64,000 nt of DNA from Auanema rhodensis. Its lineage: Eukaryota; Animalia; Nematoda. The stretch's first letter is position 1. Each line of letters opens with the position of its first letter. The stretch lies in contig OZ059898.1 in assembly GCA_964057225.1 (NCBI GenBank), positions 19,840,001-19,904,000 of the forward strand. The letters run 5' to 3'. The notes below the pieces were generated by a model. The model saw nothing but the letters and a program-made list of their open reading frames with translations, did no database searches and was not told the DNA's origin. The position numbers were made by a program, and so were the translations under genes. Positions 12,988 to 27,900 of this stretch are shown here, one piece after another.

Positions 12988-15900
12988 GCACCGAGATATC
13001 AACTGATATAAGTTCACACTTATATCCTCGATTTTCACCCTGAAGAATTAATTTTTTCGTTGAATAACATTGTCCATCGTCTTTGCCTTGAAAAAAGGAA
13101 TCTAAAAACATCTACTTTTTGCTAAATTATTTTGAAATTTTTCGAAAAAATTTTTGTCAAAATGTTTTTGGAAGCAAGGTTGAGTGTACATGGAAACTCA
13201 ACATACACTAATGCATTATTTTTCAAACGATCATAACTAATTTTTGTATTAAGCGTTTCTCAATGTAGTATAGTGCATTCGATGCGGATTTTTAAGCTGC
13301 GTCGATCTGTGTTATCAGATTTGCGCTAGCTTAAAAATGCACCGAGATATCAACTGATATAAGTTCACACTTATATCCTCGATTTTCACCCTGAAGAATT
13401 AATTTTTTCGTTGAATAACATTGTCCATCGTCTTTGCCTTGAAAAAAGGAATCTAAAAACATTTACTTTTTGCTAAATTATTTTGAAATTTTTTGAAAAA
13501 ATTTTTGTCAAAATGTTTTTGGAAGCAAGGTTGAGTGTACATGGAAACTCAACATACACTAATGCATTATTTTTCAAACGATCATAACTAATTTTTGTAT
13601 TAAGCGTTTTTCAATGTAGTATAGTGCACTCGATGCGGATTTTTAAGCTGCGTCGATCTGTGTTATCAGATTTGCGCTAGCTTAAAAATGCACCGAGATA
13701 TCAACTGATATAAGTTCACACTTATATCCTCGATTTTCACCCTGAAGAATTAATTTTTTCGTTGAATAACATTGTCCATCGTCTTTGCCTTGAAAAAAGG
13801 AATCTAAAAACATCTACTTTTTGCTAAATTATTTTGAAATTTTTCGAAAAAATTTTTGTCAAAATGTTTTTGGAAGCAATATTGAGTGTACATGGAAACT
13901 CAACATACACTAATGCATTATTTTTCAAACGATCATAACTAATTTTTGTATTAAGCGTTTCTCAATGTAGTATAGTGCACTCGATGCGGATTTTTAAGCT
14001 GCGTCGATCTGTGTTATCAGATTTGCGCTAGCTTAAAAATGCACCGAGATATCAACTGATATAAGTTCACACTTATATCCTCGATTTTCACCCTGAAGAA
14101 TTAATTTTTTCGTTGAATAACATTGTCCATCGTCTTTGCCTTGAAAAAAGGAATGTAAAAACATCTACTTTTTGCTAAATTATTCTGAAATTTTTCGAAA
14201 AAATTTTTGTCAAAATGTTTTTGGAAGCAAGGTTGAGTGTACATGGAAACTCAACATACACTAATGCATCATTTTTCGAACAATCTTAACTAATTTTTGT
14301 ATTAAGCGTTTCTCAATGTAATATAGTGCATTCGATGCGGATTTTTAAGCTGCGTCGATCTGTGTTATCGGATTTTCGCTAGCTTAAAAATGCACCGAGA
14401 TATCAACTGATATAAGTTCACACTTATATCCTCGATTTTCACCCTGAAGAATTAATTTTTTCGTTGAATAACATTGTTCATCGTCTTTGCCTTGAAAAAA
14501 GGAATCTAAAAACATCTACTTTTTGCTAAATTATTTTGAAATTTTTCGAAAAAATTTTTGTCAAAATGTTTTTGGAAGCAATGTTGAGTGTACATGGAAA
14601 CTCAACATACACTAATGCATCATTTTTCAAACAATCATAACTAATTTTTGTATTAAGCGTTTCTCAATGTAATATAGTGCATTCCATGCGGATTTTTAAG
14701 CTGCGTCGATCTGTGTTATCGGATTTTCGCTAGCTTAAAAATGCACCGAGATATCAACTGATATAAGTTCACACTTATATCCTCGATTTTCACCCTGAAG
14801 AATTAATTTTTTCGTTGAATAACATTGTCCATCGTCTTTGCCTTGTAAAAAGGAATCTAAAAACATCTACTTTTTGCTAAATTATTCTGAAATTTTTCGA
14901 AAAAATTTTTGTCAAAATGTTTTTGGAAGCAAGGTTGAGTGTACTTGGAAACTCAACATACACTAATGCATTATTTTTCAAACGATCATAACTAATTTTT
15001 GTATTAAGCGTTTCTCAATGTAGTATAGTGCATTCGATGCGGATTTTTAAGCTGCGTCGATCTGTGTTATCAGATTTGCGCTAGCTTAAAAATGCACCGA
15101 GATATCAACTGATATAAGTTCACACTTATATCCTCGATTTTCACCCTGAAGAATTAATTTTTTCGTTGAATAACATTGTCCATCGTCTTTGCCTTGAAAA
15201 AAGGAATCTAAAAACATCTACTTTTTGCTAAATTATTTTGAAATTTTTCGAAAAAATTTTTGTCAAAATGTTTTTGGAAGCAAGGTTGAGTGTACATGGA
15301 AACTCAACATACACTAATGCATTATTTTTCAAACGATCATAACTAATTTTTGTATTAAGCGTTTCTCAATGTAGTATAGTGCATTCGATGCGGATTTTTA
15401 AGCTGCGTCGATCTGTGTTATCAGATTTGCGCTAGCTTAAAAATGCACCGAGATATCAACTGATATAAGTTCACACTTATATCCTCGATTTTCACCCTGA
15501 AGAATTAATTTTTTCGTTGAATAACATTGTCCATCGTCTTTGCCTTGAAAAAAGGAATCTAAAAACATTTACTTTTTGCTAAATTATTTTGAAATTTTTT
15601 GAAAAAATTTTTGTCAAAATGTTTTTGGAAGCAAGGTTGAGTGTACATGGAAACTCAACATACACTAATGCATTATTTTTCAAACGATCATAACTAATTT
15701 TTGTATTAAGCGTTTTTCAATGTAGTATAGTGCACTCGATGCGGATTTTTAAGCTGCGTCGATCTGTGTTATCAGATTTGCGCTAGCTTAAAAATGCACC
15801 GAGATATCAACTGATATAAGTTCACACTTATATCCTCGATTTTCACCCTGAAGAATTAATTTTTTCGTTGAATAACATTGTCCATCGTCTTTGCCTTGAA

Positions 15901-17199
15901 AAAAGGAATCTAAAAACATCTACTTTTTGCTAAATTATTTTGAAATTTTTCGAAAAAATTTTTGTCAAAATGTTTTTGGAAGCAATATTGAGTGTACATG
16001 GAAACTCAACATACACTAATGCATTATTTTTCAAACGATCATAACTAATTTTTGTATTAAGCGTTTCTCAATGTAGTATAGTGCACTCGATGCGGATTTT
16101 TAAGCTGCGTCGATCTGTGTTATCAGATTTGCGCTAGCTTAAAAATGCACCGAGATATCAACTGATATAAGTTCACACTTATATCCTCGATTTTCACCCT
16201 GAAGAATTAATTTTTTCGTTGAATAACATTGTCCATCGTCTTTGCCTTGAAAAAAGGAATGTAAAAACATCTACTTTTTGCTAAATTATTCTGAAATTTT
16301 TCGAAAAAATTTTTGTCAAAATGTTTTTGGAAGCAAGGTTGAGTGTACATGGAAACTCAACATACACTAATGCATCATTTTTCGAACAATCTTAACTAAT
16401 TTTTGTATTAAGCGTTTCTCAATGTAATATAGTGCATTCGATGCGGATTTTTAAGCTGCGTCGATCTGTGTTATCGGATTTTCGCTAGCTTAAAAATGCA
16501 CCGAGATATCAACTGATATAAGTTCACACTTATATCCTCGATTTTCACCCTGAAGAATTAATTTTTTCGTTGAATAACATTGTTCATCGTCTTTGCCTTG
16601 AAAAAAGGAATCTAAAAACATCTACTTTTTGCTAAATTATTTTGAAATTTTTCGAAAAAATTTTTGTCAAAATGTTTTTGGAAGCAATGTTGAGTGTACA
16701 TGGAAACTCAACATACACTAATGCATCATTTTTCAAACAATCATAACTAATTTTTGTATTAAGCGTTTCTCAATGTAATATAGTGCATTCGATGCGGATT
16801 TTTAAGCTGCGTCGATCTGTGTTATCGGATTTTCGCTAGCTTAAAAATGCACCGAGATATCAACTGATATAAGTTCACACTTATATCCTCGATTTTCACC
16901 CTGAAGAATTAATTTTTTCGTTGAATAACATTGTCCATCGTCTTTGCCTTGTAAAAAGGAATCTAAAAACATCTACTTTTTGCTAAATTATTCTGAAATT
17001 TTTCGAAAAAATTTTTGTCAAAATGTTTTTGGAAGCAAGGTTGAGTGTACTTGGAAACTCAACATACACTAATGCATTATTTTTCAAACGATCATAACTA
17101 ATTTTTGTATTAAGCGTTTCTCAATGTAGTATAGTGCATTCGATGCGGATTTTTAAGCTGCGTCGATCTGTGTTATCAGATTTGCGCTAGCTTAAAAAT
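12988..17199 (+). repeat. Tandem 6-monomer (2106-bp) higher-order duplication in the 351-bp array
   Basis: Private variants GAATGTAAAA (G at 14155 and 16261), CAATCTTAAC and ATTGTTCATC each occur twice, 2106 bp (6 x 351) apart. Outer boundaries are approximate. Confidence 0.85.
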
Positions 17200-20100
17200 G
17201 CACCGAGATATCAACTGATATAAGTTCACACTTATATCCTCGATTTTCACCCTGAAGAATTAATTTTTTCGTTGAATAACATTGTCCATCGTCTTTGCCT
17301 TGTAAAAAGGAATCTAAAAACATCTACTTTTTGCTAAATTATTCTGAAATTTTTCGAAAAAATTTTTGTCAAAATGTTTTTGGAAGCAAGGTTGAGTGTA
17401 CTTGGAAACTCAACATACACTAATGCATTATTTTTCAAACGATCATAACTAATTTTTGTATTAAGCGTTTCTCAATGTAGTATAGTGCATTCGATGCGGA
17501 TTTTTAAGCTGCGTCGATCTGTGTTATCAGATTTGCGCTAGCTTAAAAATGCACCGAGATATCAACTGATATAAGTTCACACTTATATCCTCGATTTTCA
17601 CCCTGAAGAATTAATTTTTTCGTTGAATAACATTGTCCATCGTCTTTGCCTTGTAAAAAGGAATCTAAAAACATTTACTTTTTGCTAAATTATTCTGAAA
17701 TTTTTCGAAAAAATTTTTGTCAAAATGTTTTTGGAAGCAAGGTTGAGTGTACTTGGAAACTCAACATACACTAATGCATTATTTTTCAAACGATCATAAC
17801 TAATTTTTGTATTAAGCGTTTCTCAATGTAGTATAGTGCATTCGATGCGGATTTTTAAGCTGCGTCGATCTGTGTTATCAGATTTGCGCTAGCTTAAAAA
17901 TGCACCGAGATATCAACTGATATAAGTTCACACTTATATCCTCGATTTTCACCCTGAAGAATTAATTTTTTCGTTGAATAACATTGTCCATCGTCTTTGC
18001 CTTGAAAAAAGGAATCTAAAAACATCTACTTTTTGCTAAATTATTTTGAAATTTTTCGAAAAAATTTTTGTCAAAATGTTTTTGGAAGCAAGGTTGAGTG
18101 TACATGGAAACTCAACATACACTAATGCATTATTTTTCAAACGATCATAACTAATTTTTGTATTAAGCGTTTCTCAATGTAGTATAGTGCATTCGATGCG
18201 GATTTTTAAGCTGCGTCGATCTGTGTTATCAGATTTGCGCTAGCTTAAAAATGCACCGAGATATCAACTGATATAAGTTCACACTTATATCCTCGATTTT
18301 CACCCTGAAGAATTAATTTTTTCGTTGAATAACATTGTCCATCGTCTTTGCCTTGAAAAAAGGAATCTAAAAACATTTACTTTTTGCTAAATTATTTTGA
18401 AATTTTTTGAAAAAATTTTTGTCAAAATGTTTTTGGAAGCAAGGTTGAGTGTACATGGAAACTCAACATACACTAATGCATTATTTTTCAAACGATCATA
18501 ACTAATTTTTGTATTAAGCGTTTTTCAATGTAGTATAGTGCACTCGATGCGGATTTTTAAGCTGCGTCGATCTGTGTTATCAGATTTGCGCTAGCTTAAA
18601 AATGCACCGAGATATCAACTGATATAAGTTCACACTTATATCCTCGATTTTCACCCTGAAGAATTAATTTTTTCGTTGAATAACATTGTCCATCGTCTTT
18701 GCCTTGAAAAAAGGAATCTAAAAACATCTACTTTTTGCTAAATTATTTTGAAATTTTTCGAAAAAATTTTTGTCAAAATGTTTTTGGAAGCAAGGTTGAG
18801 TGTACATGGAAACTCAACATAAACTAATGCATCATTTTTCAAACGATCATAACTAATTTTTGTATTAAGCGTTTTTCAATGTAATATAGTGCATTCGATG
18901 CGGATTTTTAAGCTGCGTCGATCTGTGTTATCGGATTTTCGCTAGCTTAAAAATGCACCGAGATATCAACTGATATAAGTTCACACTTATATCCTCGATT
19001 TTCACCCTGAAAAATTAATTTTTTCGTTGAATAACATTGTCCATCGTCTTTGCCTTGAAAAAAGGAATCTAAAAACATCTACTTTTTGCTAAATTATTTT
19101 GAAATTTTTCGAAAAAATTTTTGTCAAAATGTTTTTGGAAGCAAGGTTGAGTGTACATGGAAACTCAACATACACTAATGCATTATTTTTCAAACGATCA
19201 TAACTAATTTTTGTATTAAGCGTTTCTCAATGTAGTATAGTGCATTCGATGCGGATTTTCAAGCTGCGTCGATCTGTGTTATCAGATTTGCGCTAGCTTA
19301 AAAATGCACCGAGATATCAACTGATATAAGTTCACACTTATATCCTCAATTTTCACCCTGAAGAATTAATTTTTTCGTTGAATAACATTGTCCATCGTCT
19401 TTGCTTTGAAAAAAGGAATCTAAAAACATCTACTTTTTGCTAAATTATTTTGAAATTTTTCGAAAAAATTTTTGTCAAAATGTTTTTGGAAGCAATATTG
19501 AGTGTACATGGAAACTCAACATACACTAATGCATTATTTTTCAAACGATCATAACTAATTTTTGTATTAAGCGTTTCTCAATGTAGTAAAGTGCATTCGA
19601 TGCGGATTTGTAAGCTGCGTCGATCTGTGTTATCAGATTTGCGCTAGCTTAAAAATGCACCGAGATATCAACTGATATAAGTTCACACTTATATCCTTGA
19701 TTTTCACCCTGAAGAATTAATTTTTTCGTTGAATAACATTGTCCATCGTCTTTGCCTTGAAAAAAGGAATCTAAAAACATTTACTTTTTGCTAAATTATT
19801 TTGAAATTTTTCGAAAAAATTTTTGTCAAAATGTTTTTGGAAGCAATGTTGAGTGTACATGGAAACTCAACATACACTAATGCATCATTTTTCAAACGAT
19901 CATAACTAATTTTTGTATCGAAGATTTCTCACTGTAATATAGTGCTTTTGATGCGGATTTTTAAGCTGCGTCGATCTGTGTTATCAGATTTGCCCTTGCT
20001 TAAAAATGCACCGAGAAATCAACTGATATAAGTTCACACTTATATCCTCGATTTTCACCCTGAAGAATTAATTTTTTCGTTGAATAACATTGTCCATCGT

Positions 20101-22797
20101 CTTTGCCTTAAAAAAAGAATTCAAAAACATCTACTTTTTGTGCAATTATTCTAAAATTTTTCGGGAAAATTTTTGTCAAAATGTTTTTGGAAGCAATGTT
20201 GAGTGTACATGGAAACTCAAAATACACTAATGCATCATTTTTCAAACGATCATAACTAATTTTTGTATCAAGCGTTTCTCAATGTAGTATAGTGCATTCG
20301 ATGCGGATTTTTAAGCTGCGTCGATCTGTGTTATCAGATTTGCGCTAGCTTAAAAATGCACCGAGATATCAACTGATATAAGTTCACACTTATATCCTCG
20401 CTTTTCACCCTGAAGAATTAATTTTTTCGTTGAATAACATTGTCCATCGTTTTTGCCATGAAAAAAGGAATCTAAAAACAGCTACTTTTTGCTAAATTAT
20501 TTTGAAATTTTTCGAAAAAATTTTTGTCAAAATGTTTTTGGAAGCAATGTTGAGTGTACATGGAAACTCAACATACACTAATGCATCATTTTTCAAACGA
20601 TCATAACTAATTTTTGTATCAAGCGTTTCTCAATGTAGTATAGTGCATTCGATGCGGATTTTTAAGCTTATCAGATTTGCGCTAGCTTAAAAATGCACCG
20701 AGATATCAACTGATATAAGTTCACACTTATATCCTCGATTTTCACCCTGAAGAATTAATTTTTTCGTTGAATAACATTGTCCATCGTCTTTGCCTTGAAA
20801 AAAGAATTTAAAAACATCTACTTTTCGTGCAATTATTCTAAAATTTTTCGGGAAAATTTTTGTCAAAATGTTTTTGAAGCAATGTTGAGTGTACATGGAA
20901 ACTCAACATACACTAATGCATCCTTTTTCAAACGATCATAACTAATTTCTGTAGTGGGCATTTTTCAATGTAGTATAGTGCTTTCGATGCGGATTTTTAA
21001 GCTGCGTCGATCTGTGTTATCAGATTTGCGCTAGCTTAAAAATGCACCGAGATATCAACTGATATAAGTTCACACTTATATCCTCGATTTTCACCCTGAA
21101 GAATTAATTTTTTCGTTGAATAACATAGTTCATCGTCTTTGCCTTAAAAAAAGAATTTAAAAACATCTACTTTTTGTGCAATTATTTTAAAATTTTTCGG
21201 GAAAATTTTTGTCAAAATGTTTTTGGAAGCAAGGTTGAGTGTACATGGAAACTCAACATACACTAATGCATTATTTTTCAAACGATCATAACTAATTTTT
21301 GTATTAAGCGTTTCTCAATGTAGTATAGTGCATTCGATGCGGATTTTTAAGCTGCGTCGATCTGTGTTATCAGATTTGCGCTAGCTTAAAAATGCACCGA
21401 GATATCAACTGATATAAGTTCACACTTATATCCTCGATTTTCACCCTGAAGAATTAATTTTTTCGTTGAATAACATTGTCCATCGTCTTTGCCTTGAAAA
21501 AAGGAATCTAAAAACATCTACTTTTTGCTAAATTATTTTGAAATTTTTCGAAAAAATTTTTGTCAAAATGTTTTTGGAAGCAAGGTTGAGTGTACATGGA
21601 AACTCAACATACACTAATGCATTATTTTTCAAACGATCATAACTAATTTTTGTATTAAGCGTTTCTCAATGTAGTATAGTGCATTCGATGCGGATTTTTA
21701 AGCTGCGTCGATCTGTGTTATCAGATTTGCGCTAGCTTAAAAATGCACCGAGATATCAACTGATATAAGTTCACACTTATATCCTCGATTTTCACCCTGA
21801 AGAATTAATTTTTTCGTTGAATAACATTGTCCATCGTCTTTGCCTTGAAAAAAGGAATCTAAAAACATTTACTTTTTGCTAAATTATTTTGAAATTTTTT
21901 GAAAAAATTTTTGTCAAAATGTTTTTGGAAGCAAGGTTGAGTGTACATGGAAACTCAACATACACTAATGCATTATTTTTCAAACGATCATAACTAATTT
22001 TTGTATTAAGCGTTTTTCAATGTAGTATAGTGCACTCGATGCGGATTTTTAAGCTGCGTCGATCTGTGTTATCAGATTTGCGCTAGCTTAAAAATGCACC
22101 GAGATATCAACTGATATAAGTTCACACTTATATCCTCGATTTTCACCCTGAAGAATTAATTTTTTCGTTGAATAACATTGTCCATCGTCTTTGCCTTGAA
22201 AAAAGGAATCTAAAAACATCTACTTTTTGCTAAATTATTTTGAAATTTTTCGAAAAAATTTTTGTCAAAATGTTTTTGGAAGCAAGGTTGAGTGTACATG
22301 GAAACTCAACATAAACTAATGCATCATTTTTCAAACGATCATAACTAATTTTTGTATTAAGCGTTTTTCAATGTAATATAGTGCATTCGATGCGGATTTT
22401 TAAGCTGCGTCGATCTGTGTTATCGGATTTTCGCTAGCTTAAAAATGCACCGAGATATCAACTGATATAAGTTCACACTTATATCCTCGATTTTCACCCT
22501 GAAAAATTAATTTTTTCGTTGAATAACATTGTCCATCGTCTTTGCCTTGAAAAAAGGAATCTAAAAACATCTACTTTTTGCTAAATTATTTTGAAATTTT
22601 TCGAAAAAATTTTTGTCAAAATGTTTTTGGAAGCAAGGTTGAGTGTACATGGAAACTCAACATACACTAATGCATTATTTTTCAAACGATCATAACTAAT
22701 TTTTGTATTAAGCGTTTCTCAATGTAGTATAGTGCATTCGATGCGGATTTTCAAGCTGCGTCGATCTGTGTTATCAGATTTGCGCTAGCTTAAAAAT

Positions 22798-24901
22798 GCA
22801 CCGAGATATCAACTGATATAAGTTCACACTTATATCCTCAATTTTCACCCTGAAGAATTAATTTTTTCGTTGAATAACATTGTCCATCGTCTTTGCTTTG
22901 AAAAAAGGAATCTAAAAACATCTACTTTTCGCTAAATTATTTTGAAATTTTTCGAAAAAATTTTTGTCAAAATGTTTTTGGAAGCAATATTGAGTGTACA
23001 TGGAAACTCAACATACACTAATGCATTATTTTTCAAACGATCATAACTAATTTTTGTATTAAGCGTTTCTCAATGTAGTAAAGTGCATTCGATGCGGATT
23101 TGTAAGCTGCGTCGATCTGTGTTATCAGATTTGCGCTAGTTTAAAAATGCACCGAGATATCAACTGATATAAGTTCACACTTATATCCTTGATTTTCACC
23201 CTGAAGAATTAATTTTTTCGTTGAATAACATTGTCCATCGTCTTTGCCTTGAAAAAAGGAATCTAAAAACATTTACTTTTTGCTAAATTATTTTGAAATT
23301 TTTCGAAAAAATTTTTGTCAAAATGTTTTTGGAAGCAATGTTGAGTGTACATGGAAACTCAACATACACTAATGCATCATTTTTCAAACGATCATAACTA
23401 ATTTTTGTATCGAAGATTTCTCACTGTAATATAGTGCTTTTGATGCGGATTTTTAAGCTGCGTCGATCTGTGTTATCAGATTTGCCCTTGCTTAAAAATG
23501 CACCGAGAAATCAACTGATATAAGTTCACACTTATATCCTCGATTTTCACCCTGAAGAATTAATTTTTTCGTTGAATAACATTGTCCATCGTCTTTGCCT
23601 TAAAAAAAGAATTCAAAAACATCTACTTTTTGTGCAATTATTCTAAAATTTTTCGGGAAAATTTTTGTCAAAATGTTTTTGGAAGCAATGTTGAGTGTAC
23701 ATGGAAACTCAAAATACACTAATGCATCATTTTTCAAACGATCATAACTAATTTTTGTATCAAGCGTTTCTCAATGTAGTATAGTGCATTCGATGCGGAT
23801 TTTTAAGCTGCGTCGATCTGTGTTATCAGATTTGCGCTAGCTTAAAAATGCACCGAGATATCAACTGATATAAGTTCACACTTATATCCTCAATTTTCAC
23901 CCTGAAGAATTAATTTTTTCGTTGAATAACATTGTCCATCGTCTTTGCTTTGAAAAAAGGAATCTAAAAACATCTACTTTTCGCTAAATTATTTTGAAAT
24001 TTTTCGAAAAAATTTTTGTCAAAATGTTTTTGGAAGCAATATTGAGTGTACATGGAAACTCAACATACACTAATGCATTATTTTTCAAACGATCATAACT
24101 AATTTTTGTATTAAGCGTTTCTCAATGTAGTAAAGTGCATTCGATGCGGATTTGTAAGCTGCGTCGATCTGTGTTATCAGATTTGCGCTAGTTTAAAAAT
24201 GCACCGAGATATCAACTGATATAAGTTCACACTTATATCCTTGATTTTCACCCTGAAGAATTAATTTTTTCGTTGAATAACATTGTCCATCGTCTTTGCC
24301 TTGAAAAAAGGAATCTAAAAACATTTACTTTTTGCTAAATTATTTTGAAATTTTTCGAAAAAATTTTTGTCAAAATGTTTTTGGAAGCAATGTTGAGTGT
24401 ACATGGAAACTCAACATACACTAATGCATCATTTTTCAAACGATCATAACTAATTTTTGTATCGAAGATTTCTCACTGTAATATAGTGCTTTTGATGCGG
24501 ATTTTTAAGCTGCGTCGATCTGTGTTATCAGATTTGCCCTTGCTTAAAAATGCACCGAGAAATCAACTGATATAAGTTCACACTTATATCCTCGATTTTC
24601 ACCCTGAAGAATTAATTTTTTCGTTGAATAACATTGTCCATCGTCTTTGCCTTAAAAAAAGAATTCAAAAACATCTACTTTTTGTGCAATTATTCTAAAA
24701 TTTTTCGGGAAAATTTTTGTCAAAATGTTTTTGGAAGCAATGTTGAGTGTACATGGAAACTCAAAATACACTAATGCATCATTTTTCAAACGATCATAAC
24801 TAATTTTTGTATCAAGCGTTTCTCAATGTAGTATAGTGCATTCGATGCGGATTTTTAAGCTGCGTCGATCTGTGTTATCAGATTTGCGCTAGCTTAAAAA
24901 T
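22798..24901 (+). repeat. Tandem 3-monomer (1052-bp) duplication of diverged monomers
   Basis: Monomers starting 22798/23149/23500 are repeated at 23850/24201/24552, including the rare variants ACTTTTCGCT and GCTAGTTTAA. Confidence 0.85.
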
Positions 24902-27900
24902 GCACCGAGATATCAACTGATATAAGTTCACACTTATATCCTCGCTTTTCACCCTGAAGAATTAATTTTTTCGTTGAATAACATTGTCCATCGTTTTTGC
25001 CATGAAAAAAGGAATCTAAAAACAGCTACTTTTTGCTAAATTATTTTGAAATTTTTCGAAAAAATTTTTGTCAAAATGTTTTTGGAAGCAATGTTGAGTG
25101 TACATGGAAACTCAACATACACTAATGCATCATTTTTCAAACGATCATAACTAATTTTTGTATCAAGCGTTTCTCAATGTAGTATAGTGCATTCGATGCG
25201 GATTTTTAAGCTTATCAGATTTGCGCTAGCTTAAAAATGCACCGAGATATCAACTGATATAAGTTCACACTTATATCCTCGATTTTCACCCTGAAGAATT
25301 AATTTTTTCGTTGAATAACATTGTCCATCGTCTTTGCCTTGAAAAAAGAAATCTAAAAACATCTACTTTTTGCTAAATTATTTTGAAATTTTTCGAAAAA
25401 ATTTTTGTCAAAATGTTTTTGGAAGCAAGGTTGAGTGTACATGGAAACTCAACATACACTAATGCATTATTTTTCAAACGATCATAACTAATTTTTGTAT
25501 TAAGCGTTTCTCAATGTAGTATAGTGCATTCGATGCGGATTTTCAAGCTGCGTCGATCTGTGTTATCAGATTTGCGCTAGCTTAAAAATGCACCGAGATA
25601 TCAACTGATATAAGTTCACACTTATATCCTCAATTTTCACCCTGAAGAATTAATTTTTTCGTTGAATAACATTGTCCATCGTCTTTGCTTTGAAAAAAGG
25701 AATCTAAAAACATCTACTTTTTGCTAAATTATTTTGAAATTTTTCGAAAAAATTTTTGTCAAAATGTTTTTGGAAGCAATATTGAGTGTACATGGAAACT
25801 CAACATACACTAATGCATTATTTTTCAAACGATCATAACTAATTTTTGTATTAAGCGTTTCTCAATGTAGTAAAGTGCATTCGATGCGGATTTGTAAGCT
25901 GCGTCGATCTGTGTTATCAGATTTGCGCTAGCTTAAAAATGCACCGAGATATCAACTGATATAAGTTCACACTTATATCCTTGATTTTCACCCTGAAGAA
26001 TTAATTTTTTCGTTGAATAACATTGTCCATCGTCTTTGCCTTGAAAAAAGGAATCTAAAAACATTTACTTTTTGCTAAATTATTTTGAAATTTTTCGAAA
26101 AAATTTTTGTCAAAATGTTTTTGGAAGCAATGTTGAGTGTACATGGAAACTCAACATACACTAATGCATCATTTTTCAAACGATCATAACTAATTTTTGT
26201 ATCGAAGATTTCTCACTGTAATATAGTGCTTTTGATGCGGATTTTTAAGCTGCGTCGATCTGTGTTATCAGATTTGCCCTTGCTTAAAAATGCACCGAGA
26301 AATCAACTGATATAAGTTCACACTTATATCCTCGATTTTCACCCTGAAGAATTAATTTTTTCGTTGAATAACATTGTCCATCGTCTTTGCCTTAAAAAAA
26401 GAATTCAAAAACATCTACTTTTTGTGCAATTATTCTAAAATTTTTCGGGAAAATTTTTGTCAAAATGTTTTTGGAAGCAATGTTGAGTGTACATGGAAAC
26501 TCAAAATACACTAATGCATCATTTTTCAAACGATCATAACTAATTTTTGTATCAAGCGTTTCTCAATGTAGTATAGTGCATTCGATGCGGATTTTTAAGC
26601 TGCGTCGATCTGTGTTATCAGATTTGCGCTAGCTTAAAAATGCACCGAGATATCAACTGATATAAGTTCACACTTATATCCTCGCTTTTCACCCTGAAGA
26701 ATTAATTTTTTCGTTGAATAACATTGTCCATCGTTTTTGCCATGAAAAAAGGAATCTAAAAACAGCTACTTTTTGCTAAATTATTTTGAAATTTTTCGAA
26801 AAAATTTTTGTCAAAATGTTTTTGGAAGCAATGTTGAGTGTACATGGAAACTCAACATACACTAATGCATCATTTTTCAAACGATCATAACTAATTTTTG
26901 TATCAAGCGTTTCTCAATGTAGTATAGTGCATTCGATGCGGATTTTTAAGCTTATCAGATTTGCGCTAGCTTAAAAATGCACCGAGATATCAACTGATAT
27001 AAGTTCACACTTATATCCTCGATTTTCACCCTGAAGAATTAATTTTTTCGTTGAATAACATTGTCCATCGTCTTTGCCTTGAAAAAAGAATTTAAAAACA
27101 TCTACTTTTCGTGCAATTATTCTAAAATTTTTCAGGAAAATTTTTGTCAAAATGTTTTTGAAGCAATGTTGAGTGTACATGGAAACTCAACATACACTAA
27201 TGCATCCTTTTTCAAACGATCATAACTAATTTCTGTAGTGGGCATTTTTCAATGTAGTATAGTGCTTTCGATGCGGATTTTTAAGCTGCGTCGATCTGTG
27301 TTATCAGATTTGCGCTAGCTTAAAAATGCACCGAGATATCAACTGATATAAGTTCACACTTATATCCTCGATTTTCACCCTGAAGAATTAATTTTTTCGT
27401 TGAATAACATAGTTCATCGTCTTTGCCTTAAAAAAAGAATTTAAAAACATCTACTTTTTGTGCAATTATTTTAAAATTTTTCGGGAAAATTTTTGTCAAA
27501 ATGTTTTTGGAAGCAAGGTTGAGTGTACATGGAAACTCAACATACACTAATGCATTATTTTTCAAACGATCATAACTAATTTTTGTATTAAGCGTTTCTC
27601 AATGTAGTATAGTGCATTCGATGCGGATTTTTAAGCTGCGTCGATCTGTGTTATCAGATTTGCGCTAGCTTAAAAATGCACCGAGATATCAACTGATATA
27701 AGTTCACACTTATATCCTCGATTTTCACCCTGAAGAATTAATTTTTTCGTTGAATAACATTGTCCATCGTCTTTGCCTTGAAAAAAGGAATCTAAAAACA
27801 TCTACTTTTTGCTAAATTATTTTGAAATTTTTCGAAAAAATTTTTGTCAAAATGTTTTTGGAAGCAAGGTTGAGTGTACATGGAAACTCAACATACACTA

